DNA from: Octopus vulgaris
Lineage: Eukaryota
DNA: 64,000 nt
Assembly (NCBI GenBank): GCA_951406725.2
Contig: OX597814.1
Location: forward strand, 187,302,001-187,366,000
Direction of reading: 5' to 3'
In this document: in pieces, positions 41,401 to 55,012 of the stretch
How the letters are laid out: each line of letters opens with the position of its first letter
How positions within the stretch are numbered: position 1 is the first letter of the stretch
Notes under the pieces: model-generated
Told to the model about the DNA's origin: nothing
Database searches by the model: none
What the model saw: the letters and a program-made list of their open reading frames with translations, nothing else
Made by a program: the position numbers and the translations under genes

Positions 41401-44065
41401 ACTGTTCCTGATAGGCCAGAAGTGAAGCACACAGCTACCAGGATTAAGTTGTATGATTATGAATATAAAATCCACTTTCTATTAATTCTGATTTCTACAC
41501 ACCTGCACACATATACACACAAGATTATAACAAAAGTTTAGTATAATATTTAAATTAGTTGTCTTACATTGGAAATGGTTGCACCTTTTTCCAAGGTCAA
41601 GTGCCACCTAGCTCTAATACCTAATTGTTTCACAATGACTCCTGTCTTGAGAATCAATTCATGAATTATATTTCATTGACTCACATTCAAAAATTAGTTA
41701 CTGGAAAATTTAAACTTACATTGGCAGAATTTGAACTCATAAATCTAGTAGGAACCTTAAAGCAGTATAATTCACTATAACTATTGAGAATCTTAATAAC
41801 CAGAGCAAGAATTAGTTAAAATGTTAAAATACACAATAATAGCAGTAAATAGAATGTTATATTATTCTTTTACACACAAACCTATTTCTGACAGTTCCCT
41901 TCTTTACAACTCAACATTTTAAATACTAATTGTAAATTTGTGAAAACTGTTGCTATTGTTTAGCCTTAGATTAGTCCTAGCTGATAAGATGAAAATAAGA
42001 TCAAAAGTGTTCAAGCCATGACCAGCCTACTTTTTGTATTTCTAGCCCTATACTATCCAATGTGTTAGCTATTTCTAGAAAGTCAACATAGATGATTTCA
42101 AATGACTTGTGAGGATTTTAATGGAATAATTTAAAGTGTTGACATTAAACAGAAAACTGCAAATAAACACACAGCTAATCCAATCAGAATATGTGATAAG
42201 ACCTACTAATTAAGCAAAATACAATAAAAACAAATTATCAGAGGCTGAAACTGATTTTGCTTATTAAAAGTAGTTACTTCATTTTGTGTTTATATGAATT
42301 TGCTGGTGAGTCACAGGTGTTATACTACAACTTTGAGCAAAGGACATTTTATTTCTACTCATTGCTATCAACACAGCTAGAAATAGGTGGTACTCCAACT
42401 TCACACTTGAGTGGTTAGTAGTAGAAAAATGCCAGTCATCTCCAAAAATACTTGCTCTAACAAAATGTAAACATCCAAATTTACAAGTGCATCTGCTCTT
42501 GATCAGCTTATAACATTGAGTTTACATGAATATTAAATATTCAAATACACTGTGAAAATAAGTTAATTTTATAACTAAGAAAAATGAACAGCAATTAATC
42601 TATACTAGCTACAAAAGTAACTCACTTGGAACTTACAATATTTATTTCTCATGTAAGCTTTCATCACACTTGTTATATCACTATCCATTACTCATATTTA
42701 CAACTTTATACAATTTATTACTTAAACATTTTTGCATCTGTTTTCAAAGGCTAGATTAATTTATTTAGAGAATCCAAATAATGAATTATCTGCAAGATCT
42801 GTCAGAGCAAATGCTTTAAAGTTAGATGTCTTACTTCAAACCAACAATCCAAGTGTGAAGTGGCTGTGACACCAATTTCCAGCTATGTTGACTGAGTGAA
42901 GAAGGTAAGACTTTCAAGAGACACCACTATAGCAACCATAAATTCAGTTTTTGGATAAGTATCCCACATAAATTATATTCCCCTCACAATCAAAAGAGAC
43001 AAATGCAATTTGCTATAACTAGAAGATAACATTGTGGGGTGAAGTGCAGGTACATAGAAATTTAATCTTTTACAAGTCAAATTAAAACATTTTAACTTGC
43101 TTACTCATTAAGGATGACTCCCCATCATCCTTCCAGGTGGATAAAATGAGATCATCATTATTCTAAAGAAATACAAAGTAATGGCCAGAGCAAATATTAA
43201 TTCAGGTAAGTTAGTGGGCCTGCAACTTGGCATCTAGAGAGGCAAGTTTATGCTGTTTGACAGCATCATGAACTGATGGACAGGTTAAATCATTTAAGTA
43301 CTGGTTCAGAGAACATGGCTACATGTAAGGTGGCTGGTGTCATCCAGAAATAGCTCAAAATGCCTGTATCACATTCATCAAGGCCTCAATGGTCTTCTTT
43401 GGTCTAGTTTTCATTTGACAGTATTGGAGTAACTCTTCTGCATTTTGTGTAAGGGATGCATTCCACTGACCAGATTGACCACCTATAACCAATATCCTCT
43501 GCAAGGAGGAGGAAGAGGCTTCCATGCTGCAACTATTGCTGCACAGAGATATGCAGAAGTTGCAGTATTTATAGAGATTCTTAAGAGATAAACAGGTGTT
43601 GTGGTTTCCAATCATCAGGTATACCATTTTCAGTTTGTCTTTTCTGACAGAGCTACAACCCTAGGCTAAGCAAAAACCAAGATTGGGTACCAATCAAGCA
43701 AAGCAGTTGATAACAGCTTCACACCAGTGACCTATAGAAAATTAGTTGTGGGAGAAGAGTGACAACATTCTAGGGGAAAATCTGGGCAGTGACAACATTG
43801 ACGAGAATGAACTGACTGGTCTATTCCAAAGAACTTTCCAAGTTGGAGACATGTTAAACTTCCAGAAATCCTCTGCCTGACAGTGCTACTGAAAGGTATT
43901 GCCAGTTTGAGATAAATACCATCCCTCTGTCAAATAAAAATTGATACTGTTGTGCTTAACATTAGCTTCTTAACTTTTAACTTCCCCAGATGATAAAAAA
44001 AAAGACAGGTATGATATATATTACTAATGAAGTAATGAAAATAAAAACTAGTCTATAAATTAAGC

Positions 44066-45107
44066 ATTTTGGACGATTTGACGGAGGTCTGGAGAGCCAG
44101 TAGTTGTGCCAGGGTCCAATCTCATCTGGCAATGTTTCTACAGCTGGATGCCCTTCCTAATGCCAACCACTCCAAGAGTGTAGTGGGTACTTTTTACATG
44201 CTACAGGCACAGGAGCCAGTCAAGAAGGCCTGGTATTGATCACATTCAGATAGTGTGTTTTACATAGCACCGGCATGGGGGCCAGTCAAGGGGTACTGGC
44301 ATCAGCCACGTTTGGATGGTGCTTTTTATGTGCCACCGGCACGGGAGCCAGTCAGGGGGCACTGACCACAGCTACAATATTGGTTTTACTTGACTCAACA
44401 GGTCTTCTCAAGGATATCATATTGCCCAACGCATCAGGGGTACTCTTAACTGGGCCAGACATGTGTGGCTGTGATCTCACTTTAGTTGCCAGGTCTTCTC
44501 AATCACAGCATATCTCCAAGGGTCTTGGTCTCCTGTCATTGCCTCTGTGAGGCCCAATGTTCTAACGTCATACTTCACCACCTCATCCCATGTCTTCCAG
44601 GGTCACCTCTTCCACAAGGTTCCTTTCACAGTTAGGAAATGGCACTTCCTCACACAGCTGTCCTCATCCATACGTAACACATGACCATACCAGTGCAGTC
44701 GTCTCTCTTGCACACCATATTTGCTGCTTCTTATGCCCAACTTTTCTCTCAGGGCGCTTACTCTCTGTTGTGTATGCATACTGACATTTAGCTTCATTTC
44801 TTTCAAGCCTACGCATATCCTCAGCAGTCATGGCCCACGTTTCACTGCTGTGTAGCATGGCAGTTCACACATGTGCACCATACAGTCTACCTTTCATCCT
44901 GAGTGAGAGGCTCTTAGTTGCCAGCAGTAGTAGAAGCTCTCTGAATTTTACCCAGGCTATTCTTATTCTGGCCGCTACACTCCCAGAGCAACCACCCCCA
45001 CTACAGACCTGGTTGCCTAGGTAGCAGAAGCTATCAACTACTTCTAGTTTCTCTCCCTGGCATATGATGGAATCTGTTTTCTGTACATCTTCAGAGTTTA
45101 TCGCCCC
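44066..45107 (-). mobile_element. RTE-clade LINE 3' fragment (same family)
   Basis: MLHSSETWAMTAEDMRRLERNE and RRLHWYGHVLRMDEDSCVRKC; 3' UTR carries about 57-bp GTGCCACCGGCAC-type internal repeats. Confidence 0.88.
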
Positions 45108-45760
45108 AGGTACAAGGAATAAATATATAAAAATAAAAAAACCGAAATGGTTTAATCAAGAATCACCAAGAATCCAACTTGTGCTACAAACTTAATCCAC
45201 CAGGAATGTATCTCACGTGATAACTAGTGGGTGTATGTGTGTGAATCTATCTATCTATCTATATATATATAATCCAGATTACAGTTTAAAGTTTAATTTA
45301 TGTATAATTCCCATGTATATGGCACATGCCAATGAAGAAAAATTAGACACAGGTGGAGTTACTATTACAACCACAACACACGTTTACTAAAATAATCATT
45401 TCGCACGCTTGCCAATCATATGTTCTTCACAAAAGGATATGTTAGGAACTGGCTCTAAAAGCTTATTAGCAGATAAACAATTAGCTTCAAGTAAAGAAAT
45501 TTCATTTTCCCATTAATAATTAATTTTCTACTAAGTGTGTATTTGGAGAAATCCACATTTAATTAAGCCAACAACTATAGACAATGTTAATAATTTTCTA
45601 TTTCTTTAACTTGTAAAAGAAACAAGGCTAGTTGTAATGTTTCATACATAAACTTCATATAATATATTGTTTTAAAAATAATGCAACAAAATTTGATAAA
45701 TATTATGCCAGCTTCCCCCATTTCCCATTTGTTTATAATATAAATAATAACAATTTCTAT

Positions 45761-45950
45761 CTGTGCAGGTGGCACGTAAAAAACACCCACTACACTCGCG
45801 GAGTGGTTGGCGTTAGGAAGGGCATCCAGCCGTAGAAACACTGCCAGATCTGACTGGGCCTGACGAAGCCTTCCAGCTTCACAGACCCCAGTTGACCCGT
45901 CCAACCCATGCTAGCATGGAAAGCAGACGCTAAACGATGATGATGATGAT
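45761..45950 (+). mobile_element. Young RTE 3'-end copy (CpGs retained)
   Basis: GGAGTGGTTGGCGTTAGGAAGGGCATCCAGC...CCAACCCATGCTAGCATGGAAAGCAGACGCTAAACGATGATGATGATG. Confidence 0.85.
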
Positions 45951-46104
45951 TTAGGCACAAGGCTGGTAATTTTGATAGGAGGAGATTAGTCAATTAAATC
46001 AACACCCATGCTTGACTGCTGCTTTATTTTGTCATCCTTGGAGGAATGAAAGGCGAAGTTGACCTCAGTAGGGTCAACTAGAAACCAAAACACATATTGC
46101 AAGG

Positions 46105-46885
46105 CTTTATTGAAGTGGAAAGTATTTGTCTTCAGCTCTTCATGGGGGCAATCCTCACAATGGAGTCAACCAATAGCCAGACTTTTCCTATATGTGATAG
46201 CAGGTGTTTGACATAACTCTATATAAGTCATCAATGTGCTCAAGCACTGTACGAGTGCATGCCAGAGGATTTCATCACTGTGTGCATTTCAGGCAAGTAT
46301 AGCTGATACCAAATTACCATGCTTGCAGAGTTTATCCTACAAGCATGTAGAATCCAGAGTTTCCCTGAAAACGCAGACACTCTTTACACACCAGAATATC
46401 CATCAAACGTATTGCCCAACTAGTAGAGGGCTGTGAGCACCTGTCAGTAGTACCCTAGGTGCCCTACCTCAGCCTATGTTTGATCTAGGATTGCAACTCT
46501 AACAAGGAAACAAGCTGTAGAAAAGCATGTCAAACAAACAGTGACAACACCTGCTCATCATCCAGAAAACACTGGTGATGTTACAGCCTCACTGAATCAT
46601 GAACCATGGCATGGCCAGTCTTTCAGAGAATGGACTACCTGACCAGTGGAACACAACCCGCTCCACAGAAAGTGGAGGATCAAGTTCTCCATTCTGATCA
46701 GCCATGAAGCAAGGCACAATAGTTAGTTAGGCAGTAATAGATGATGGATGTGATATAGGCATTCACTACCTCTGCCCTACACTTCAGGCGTAGTTTCCTC
46801 TTGGCCTATTTCTGGATGAGACTGACTCTTCCCAGTTCTTGTCCACCTGGATGTCTAGACCAAACCAAATTCCAAGTAATTTAAT
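46105..46885 (-). mobile_element. Decayed Tx1/L1-like LINE ORF2 fragment (post-RT region)
   Basis: LLGIWFGLDIQVDKNWEE remnant; homologous to 51385-51575. Confidence 0.6.
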
Positions 46886-48619
46886 CAGTAAGAATAATGA
46901 TAATAATAATGGTTTCAAATTTTAGTACAACACCAGCAATTTTAGGGAAGCAGGTGAATCAATTACATTGAGCTCACAGCTCAACTGGTATTTATTTTAA
47001 CAAAACTGAATGAATGAAAAGCAGAGTAGATCTTGGCAGTATATAAGCTCAGGACATAAAGCCTGAAGAAATGCCAGTAAGCATACTAACAACTCTCTCA
47101 GCTCACTCCTTCATAATAATATTTAATAATTTGTCTCTTTCTACTTACTATAGGCACAAGGCCTGAAATTTTGGGACCTATTTGATCATATCAATCTCAG
47201 TGCTCAACTGGTGCTTATTTTGATTGACTTAAAAAAAAATGAAAGGCATAGCTGGCCTCAGTGGAATTTGAACTCAGAACATAAACCCAAAAGAAATGCC
47301 ACTAAGCATTTTGTCTGGTGTGCTAACAATTTTGCCAGCCCAATAATAACTACGACAACAATTTATCCTCATCATTTCCTTCCAAATACTACCATGATGT
47401 ACTGAGAGCCAACTCACTGCATCACACTGAAATTTATTTTGTTGTCTTTCATTTCTTCCCTCTCTCCAAATAACTGACCTATTAAAAAAAAAAAAAACTT
47501 TCTGGAATTTAGTCAATTAATTTGAAACTAAAAGCTCCCTTTAAATCCATGAATGAAAATTCTTATAGGCTATGAATATCAGTTACACTTAAACAACAGA
47601 TTTAGGTTTTGCTGACGTCTCTATTTTATAAATCCAAACACTGCTCCATTGCTTTTATTAACAATTTCAAGAATAGCATTAGCGCTTACCTAGCTTATGA
47701 GATTTAATTTTAGTTACCTGATGCTACACAAAGAACCATAAAGCTTACACTGATAAACACAATTTAGAACTGTTCAGATCCATACAATAACAGAGATAAC
47801 AATAATGTTAGAATTAAGATACTGTTCAAGCCACAATCTGATGATACAATAATTGTTTTGTTGCATTTTTATTCATTTTTGTAAATCATTTTATCTACAA
47901 AAGACCAAGAAAACAAACAGCTATTTATCTGTGTAACACATTCAGCTAGGAAGTGGGACCAATGTAACTCTATTTGATACTATTTCAGTAAATTATTTTG
48001 CCATTCTGTTCTGCAACAGAGCTGCAGACACTAATACCAGAGTAAATTCAATTAAATGTAAGCAGACTTCTTACAGAAAAAAAATATTTTGAGTCACCAG
48101 GCTTGCATAAAATAGCTAAAAGAATAATATGATGCAAAGTAAGATAAATAAAAAAAATAGGAATTATCAATAGATGCTAGTAATTGAGATTCAATATTAC
48201 AAACACAAATCTACCCACCAAGAAGGCCATTGGAGATATTCACCAACCAAGTTTATTATTGATCAATATGATACACCAGTACAGTTTAATCAAAGCAAGT
48301 AACAATTAGTACTTAATTTATTGTATTGTTATACAAATGCATTTACTAAATTAGAATCACAAGATAATATAAATAGCTTTGAGAGAAATTGTTGCTGTAT
48401 AAATAATATCATATAGCTGATGATATTTAAGTGAAAATTAAATTAGTATTATAGTGTTTGATAGGAAGAATTAGAGGCATAAGGAATAGTTTGTAAAATG
48501 AGATGCTATAATTGTATAGCAAAATAAAAAAGTTGTGTGACATGTAATAAGAATAGGTCTTAAAGATTAAGCAAAATGACATCTTCCTGAGAAGGAAAGG
48601 TCTCTAAAAACTAGGTTAA

Positions 48620-48844
48620 CCCTTTTCATACCAACCCATCTGGGGTCACTCTATCTGGCTCTATCTTATGAACTTTCAGTTTTAAATTGATCTAAATTAA
48701 ATTATTCCATTAAGATTTCTTGTTAGTTTGTGTTCCAAACACTAGCCTAATAATAACAAAATTATTTTACAAATTTTTTTGTTATTTTCAAATTTAATTA
48801 AAACAATATCAGTGTATTTCAACAGAAACATGGTAACAAAAGGG
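48620..48844. mobile_element. piggyBac-like MITE
   Basis: TTAA + CCCTTTTCATACCA ... TGGTAACAAAAGGG TIRs; right TTAA degenerate. Confidence 0.6.
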
Positions 48845-50159
48845 ATAGATAAGTTTTAGAACTTAACATAAGGAAGAAAAGTTAATGTTTTTAGAAATGT
48901 TGTGACCCATGTTGGTTTCACACAACTAAAGGGTTTGTAAACACAGATAATTTCAAAATTAAAAGAAAGTAGTTCTATAAAAGGAAACTCCAATAAAATC
49001 AGCTAATTAAAATATCTAAATAATGCAAGCAATACAAATTGGAGTGGGGCTGGTCTTCAAAGTCAACTGGTGAAAGCAATGGACATGTTTTGATCTTATG
49101 AGCTCCTCAGTGAAGTATATTCTTTTTAATTAGCAAGGCTAACAGTGATCTATTTATCTTTCTATAGATATATATGCGAGATAGAGAAGAGTAGAGTCTC
49201 ACTTAGATACACAATATGGAGAGTTTAAAATCAGATTAAAATTAAATGACTTTTTTTTTTAAATGAAGCACTAAATATACAATATGGGTAATGTGCATAA
49301 CACAAGGGAAACAAATAAACCTCTAAGTCATATGTTTTGAATGTAAAGAAACAAAAATATATTTTCTGGGATGCATGCTTTAAACACTTTGGTTTACATT
49401 TCAAGGAAAAGGAGTGATGGAAGTTAATTTGATAAAAAATGCTAATTACAAAAATATAATCAATGGCATTTCTACAGTGATGTCTAACCTGCCTTTTATT
49501 CCAGCAACGCTGCACCAAGGACAATATTACTCAATGTAGGTTTTTTTGTTTAGGCAGTGAGGCATGATCTAATGAAAGTTAGACTGCTACTTCTGATAGG
49601 ATAGATAAATTGCTCAGAGGGTCATTCACTTCATAACACTGAATATAGCAACATAGCCAGCAGATGAAATAACTGTTTTATGGGTTAATAAATTAAATAT
49701 ATGTATCAGGTGTGAAAGTAAAAGGCACACACACACAAACCTGTGTGTCTAAATATATCTATATGCTTATCTACCTATCTACACACACACACACACATAA
49801 AGCATGCATAAAGAAAAAACATAAATGTGTGTGTGTGTGTGCGTGTGTATATATATATATATACATATTAATTTTGTACACCTAAACATGATTTTTCTTT
49901 TCTTTTTTCGTTTTGTTCATTCAGAAAAAAATTTTTTTAATGTTCATATCTTCTATTATTGTAAAACATACAAATACTCAGCATTCTGAGTCCAGGTGTA
50001 ACATAGGGTTTAAATAACTAGTTTAAATTGAGTAAAACATGGTAATTTTTGTACTACAGTTAATCCTCCATGGATGAGCATATAATTGAACTTTGTAAAT
50101 TTTCATAAGAAATCAAAAAGAAACTACAAGAAAAGGAAACTAAACACAACTGATGAGGA

Positions 50160-51200
50160 TTTGACTTGAATGAAAGAAAAATATTTTTATATTATAAGAA
50201 CTGACCAAGTACAAAGAACTTCAGGTAAAAGTGAGAGTTAGCAGGAGTCCATCAGGGCTCAGTTCTTAGTCCTCTCATATTTATAATAGCTCCCAACTAT
50301 ACTCTAAAAGTTTATAAAGACTTCCTATCCTTATGAACTTGTGCATGCTGATGACCTGGCTCTTACAGCTGAATTTGTAGATTTAGGGAAGAAATTCCAG
50401 ACATGGAAGCAAAACTAAGAATTGAGAGACCACAAAGTAAACTAACCAAATACCAAAGTTTTATTAAATAGGAAAGAAAACAGGACTTTACTTCTATCAA
50501 GCAATAGCCATGCTTGTTAGGAATGTAGCCTGGAGTTCCTACATTTGATGGTAACAAAGAGTTTTTCTCTCACAATGGGGGTCACATTGCCTGATACTTG
50601 AGTACAAAGTACAATGTTGTATAATAGTGAAACATGATCTTTCAATGCAGAGGATCAGTAAATGCAAGGAATAAATGAAACAAGCATGTTTCACTGGATA
50701 TGAAACAGTAGCATGCATGAATAAAGGCACAGGTATGATGGATATGTGGTCAAGAAGATTGCCTCCGAACCATGTGGTTTCTGATTAAATTCCGAAACCA
50801 TAGTTAGGAAGCAACCGGAGGGAACATGGTGTGTGTGTTGTGTGTGCTTCCTCATTTTGGAAATGTGTGATAATCTGTAAATGTGTGTCAGCACCATGCA
50901 AGCATTAGTCAGGGGAGTGGAGGAATATACCTTGTGTGGACACAAGTGTTGATGACAGAAAGGGCATCCAACTACAGACAAACTACCTCAAAGAATTGTA
51001 TTTGACACATGGAAAAGTCGGTGTTAAAACGATGATGATGATGAATAACAGAACACAAATAGCTCAAGGAAAAATGGATATAAGATGAATCAGATGTGGT
51101 GTGCAAGAGTGAAGGTAGCACAGTGTACAGACATGTGATGCTTATGGAAGATCGCAGTTGCATAAAAAGGCTAGCTGAGCTCTCCAAGTGGACAGAACCT
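50160..51200 (+). mobile_element. Cluster of decayed RTE RT pieces and a SINE with a tRNA-like head and RTE-like tail (about 50726-51043)
   Basis: VHQGSVLSPL and VHADDLAL remnants at 50245-50365; SINE head followed by AAGGGCATCCA...GTTAAAACGATGATGATG. Confidence 0.65.
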
Positions 51201-51384
51201 ATGGCGTTTCTCTGTAAAGTACTATTTCTCCTGATCAAACAAATAACAAATAACTCACTGGTAGGATATGATTTAAAAGCAGATATAAACAAAGACATTG
51301 TTTATGAAGCATCAAGATGACCAGACATACTTTCACTTGGAATGAAACAATGACACAATTTACATGGTAGCACTGTACACAGAA

Positions 51385-51575
51385 TCATGGTTCTCCACAA
51401 CAGTTAGGCAGTAACAGATAATGGATGTGATATAGGCATTCACTACCTCTGCTCTACCCTTCAGGCATAGTTTCCTTTGGCCTATTTCTTGATGAGACTG
51501 GCCACCCTTACTCATCACCTCTTCCCAGTTCTTGTCCATCTGTATGTCTAGACCAAACCAAATTCCAACTATTGT
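51385..51575 (-). mobile_element. Tx1/L1-like LINE ORF2 fragment
   Basis: GIWFGLDIQMDKNWEEV...RKLCLKGRAEVVNAYITSIICYCLTVV resembles the LSxxGRxxxxN motif that follows the RT in L1/Tx1 elements. Confidence 0.65.
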
Positions 51576-52419
51576 GCCTTGCTTCATGGCTGATCAGAAT
51601 GAAGAACTTTACATGGTAGCGTGGGATACAGAATCACGCACACGGACATGCATGTCCATATATTTAGATGCATACAGGTTTCCAACAGTTTCCCCCTCTA
51701 CCAATTCCACTTACAAGGTATTGGTCAGTCTGATGCTAGAGTAGAAGTCATTTGCACACAATGCTGTGCAGGGGGGACAAATTCTGAACCACATGGGTGT
51801 AAACAAACCTCTTAATCACACACCTATACCTGTACTTATAGTTAATAAATATATTCTGCATATAACTTATATTAAGGAGTCTGTACAGCTTGCCATGTTT
51901 GTTGTTAATCACTATTTATAGCGTTACATGTTCTTCAAGATCCCCACCCCCAAAGATACAAAGAATTAAATATTTCATTTTGTCCATGGGTGATACCTAT
52001 TTCAAAATGCATTATATGTTGTTGTATTTTTAAAAAGTACTGTGAAACTCATTAACTGAATGAAGTTGGTTTACATTACAGGTAATATAATAATTGTGAT
52101 AGGTAAATAAATGTATTTTGCTGTCTGAGGCCATGACATGAGAGCAAATCCTTGATTAAATGGATTGCTATAAATCTAGTCAATACATTTACAACTGTCG
52201 TTATCAAAGCAGTATTTGAATTCAGAATATAATGAGCTGGAAGATATAACACAAAACATTTTGTCCCAAGCACTAACAATTTTGCCAACTTGTTACTTTA
52301 ATAAAATCAAAATAATAATAACAATCCTTCCAACTAGAGAGATACAAGGCCTGAAATTTGGTGGGAGAGAGTCGTTGATTACATAGACCACAGTACTCAA
52401 CTAGTACTTATTTCATCCT

Positions 52420-52920
52420 ATAATAATAATAATAATAATAATAAATGCCCTGATGCAGTGCCAGGCAATGGCTCTCAATGCTCAGATGCAGTACCAGATA
52501 GCAGCTTTCAATGCCCTAATGTAGTACCAGGCAGTGGCTCTCATGGCTTCTGATCTTAACTGATTAGAAGTGCTATCATGTACATGTTTTGCCTTGGTGC
52601 AGAAGATGGGCTACAGCAAAGATTCTGCTCAATACTACAGAACTGTTTGTCAGTTGTTTGACCATGTCCCTTGGTGGCTGACGATATGTGCATCTCTGAT
52701 CACGAGCAGAAGTAGTGGGGCAGTATCATAGCCATGTGTTGAGAGGAATTCTTTGAGATTTGAGTAATTCACCTCTGGAAATATAGGTGCTTCATTCAGA
52801 GACCTTTTGAGGGAGATGGGCTACTGGACCTAAAGAAAATTCTAATAAGGACCCCAACCTGTGCTGTTAATTTGATGTGGCCTCTATGTCACACACACAT
52901 ATGGTTGTAATGCATGTGCT
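52420..52920 (-). mobile_element. Unclassified retroelement 3' end with (TTA)n tail and a triplicated 33-bp unit
   Basis: (TAA)n at about 52420-52443, then three 33-bp units AATGCCCTGATGCAGTGCCAGGCAATGGCTCTC at 52444-52542. Confidence 0.5.
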
Positions 52921-53016
52921 GCTCCCTCACTCAATAGCTGAATTAAATTAACTAGCGTTCTTATTAAATATTTGTTACAAATTAATATTTTCAACATTTT
53001 TCTATAGACCCTAGAT

Positions 53017-53159
53017 CAGTCATAGGCAAACTGCAGCCTGCAGGACTTTCTGAATGGCCTAACAAAAAAAAAATTACCTTCATTTTTTAATTTTCTTTTC
53101 ATAGTGCAGCCCACCTGATGATGAACTATGGCATTTTTCAAAAATGTTGCCCATGTCAA
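53017..53159. mobile_element. hAT MITE (copy A)
   Basis: CAGTCATAGGCAAAC...GTTGCCCATGTCAA; TSD-like CCCTAGAT / CTCTAGGT. Confidence 0.65.
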
Positions 53160-53279
53160 CTCTAGGTTATAAAGGAATACTTTGACAGAATTTCTCTTTA
53201 GCCTAAAATTTGAAGGTCTTGAGCTGGACAGAGATCAGTGGTATTTGTTTGAATATGTCATGATACTGGTGTTTTAACA

Positions 53280-53780
53280 CACCAGAATGCCATGGGTTAT
53301 ACAGGTAGTTCCTATATAACAGTATACTATGATTTTTAACTGATGGTCCCTACATACTAGAACAGGCTGTGCTCAGTGTTCATGTTTACCGGTATACCAT
53401 GAACTATACTGATGGTACCCATATACGTACATACATGAATAGTACTGCACCAATGGACTGATGATTCCAACCTACTTATTATACCATGAACTGTACAATA
53501 GGTTTACACATACCAGTATACCATGGACTATAATGATGGTAGGTATAACATAGACCAGGCATGCACAACCTTTTACCAGAAGTGGGTTGCATGACACATG
53601 GCCCATCATCAGCTGGGCTACATTACTGAAAAAACATTCAAGGTAATTTTTTCATCAGGCACACCATTCAGAAAGTCCTGTGAGTTGCCAGTTGCCAATC
53701 ATTGAAATAGACTGTACTTATAGTGTACCATAGACTATAGCGATGATCTTCATACACCAGTATAGCATGGACTGTACTTA
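53280..53780. repeat. Degenerate minisatellite of about 35-40 bp, interrupted by hAT MITE copy B
   Basis: Recurrent CCAGTATACCATG(G/A)ACT(A/G)TA..GATG(G/A)T units on both sides of the MITE. Confidence 0.7.
53556..53704. mobile_element. hAT MITE (copy B, inverted relative to copy A)
   Basis: CAGGCATGCACAACC...GTTGCCAATCATTG; TSD ACATAGAC / AAATAGAC. Shares CAGGACTTTCTGAATGG and AAAAATTACCTT with copy A in opposite orientation. Confidence 0.72.
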
Positions 53781-53785
53781 TATAG

Positions 53786-53815
<30 letters not shown>

Positions 53816-53821
<6 letters not shown>

Positions 53822-54079
53822 CATCATCGTTTAACGTCCGTTTTCCATGCTGGCATGTGTTGGACGGTTTGACTGAGGACTGGTGAGCCAGATGGCTGCA
53901 CCAGGCTCCAATCTTGATCTGGCAGAGTTTCTACAGTTGGATGCTCTTCCTAATGCCAGCCACTCCGAGAGTGTATGGGTGCTTTTACGTGCCACCAGCA
54001 CAAGGGCCAGTCAGGTGGTTCTGGTGACGGCCATGCTCAAATGGTGTTTTTTATGTGCCACCTGCACAGGAGCCAGTCC
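53816..54079 (-). mobile_element. RTE 3' UTR fragment
   Basis: Same 3' terminus and subrepeats as 32913-33289. Confidence 0.82.
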
Positions 54080-54837
54080 TGTGCCTGTGTCACATAAATA
54101 TATATGTATATATATATCGCTAAACCTAAGACTATACAAATGGATCCTACAATCTTAGTACTGTGTTTTCTGGCATACAAGCCGAATTTTAATCAGACCA
54201 AAATTTACAACCAAAAAAGAGGTCAGTTTATACACCAAAATGACTTCAGAGGACCAAAAATTCCATGTGAAATTCATTGGGTGTTTGGAAAAATTACACC
54301 GTTTTCATATTTACACTATACACCATGTTGACTTGCACAACAGGAAACATGGTATACAATTAACTCTATTTATGGCTGCTACACTGTATACCATGTACTG
54401 CATTGTTGTTTCCCTCATACTACTGCTATTTCATATGGCCTGTGTCCACTGTCAGAAATATTTACGCTTCACACCAAATTTTCACAGTTCTTCAAAACAG
54501 TATTATTTGCAGCTAACCTTGTTTTGAATATTCTTTTATTAATTGCAACTGTTTAGAATATTTCTTTGCCATGTTAAAGTCTAGTTAGAAACTTACTACT
54601 ACTCTCCTTTTACCATTTCATATAAATTTTTTTTTTTCTTTTGCATTGAAGTCGATGACAAAACACATGTAACATCACATCAGACAGCTGACATTTTATA
54701 CACAGCTAGAAACAGCCATTCAGTATCAGTAATCAATGCAAATTTCATCTTATTTACTTTTGAAATAGAGATATCAATGTAGAACAATGTAGTAGTAGTA
54801 GTAGTAGTAGTAGTAGTAACAACAACAGCAGGCACAG

Positions 54838-55012
54838 CAGTTTAGCCCTTGATCAAGCAGATCTAAGATCAAAGACACTCCAGCTGTGACTATCTAGGTT
54901 TTCAGACACCAGTGTATTTCCATTATATAATGTGCTTTTCCATTTTTCCAACAGCGGGGTGTAATTTGAGGGAGAGGAATCAGTTGCAATTTCTAGCAGA
55001 TCAAGCAACAAC
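54838..55012. repeat. Member of an old dispersed unclassified repeat family
   Basis: Motifs AGCAGA..TATGATCAAA..CCAGC..TGAC.ATC and GCTGCTATTTCTAG recur near 9140-9290, 12350-12660, 15775-15870, 20305-20540, 26895-27705, 34660-34820, 41960-42090 and 57820-57990. Confidence 0.6.

Noticed and set aside
47683-47725. Two minus-strand AG|GTAA motifs about 30 nt apart
   Set aside because: Neither has an adjacent polypyrimidine tract, and no recognisable coding sequence lies upstream.
52444-52542. Three 33-bp direct repeats, CRISPR-like in length
   Set aside because: Head-to-tail with no spacers, in a eukaryotic retroelement end, with no cas genes.
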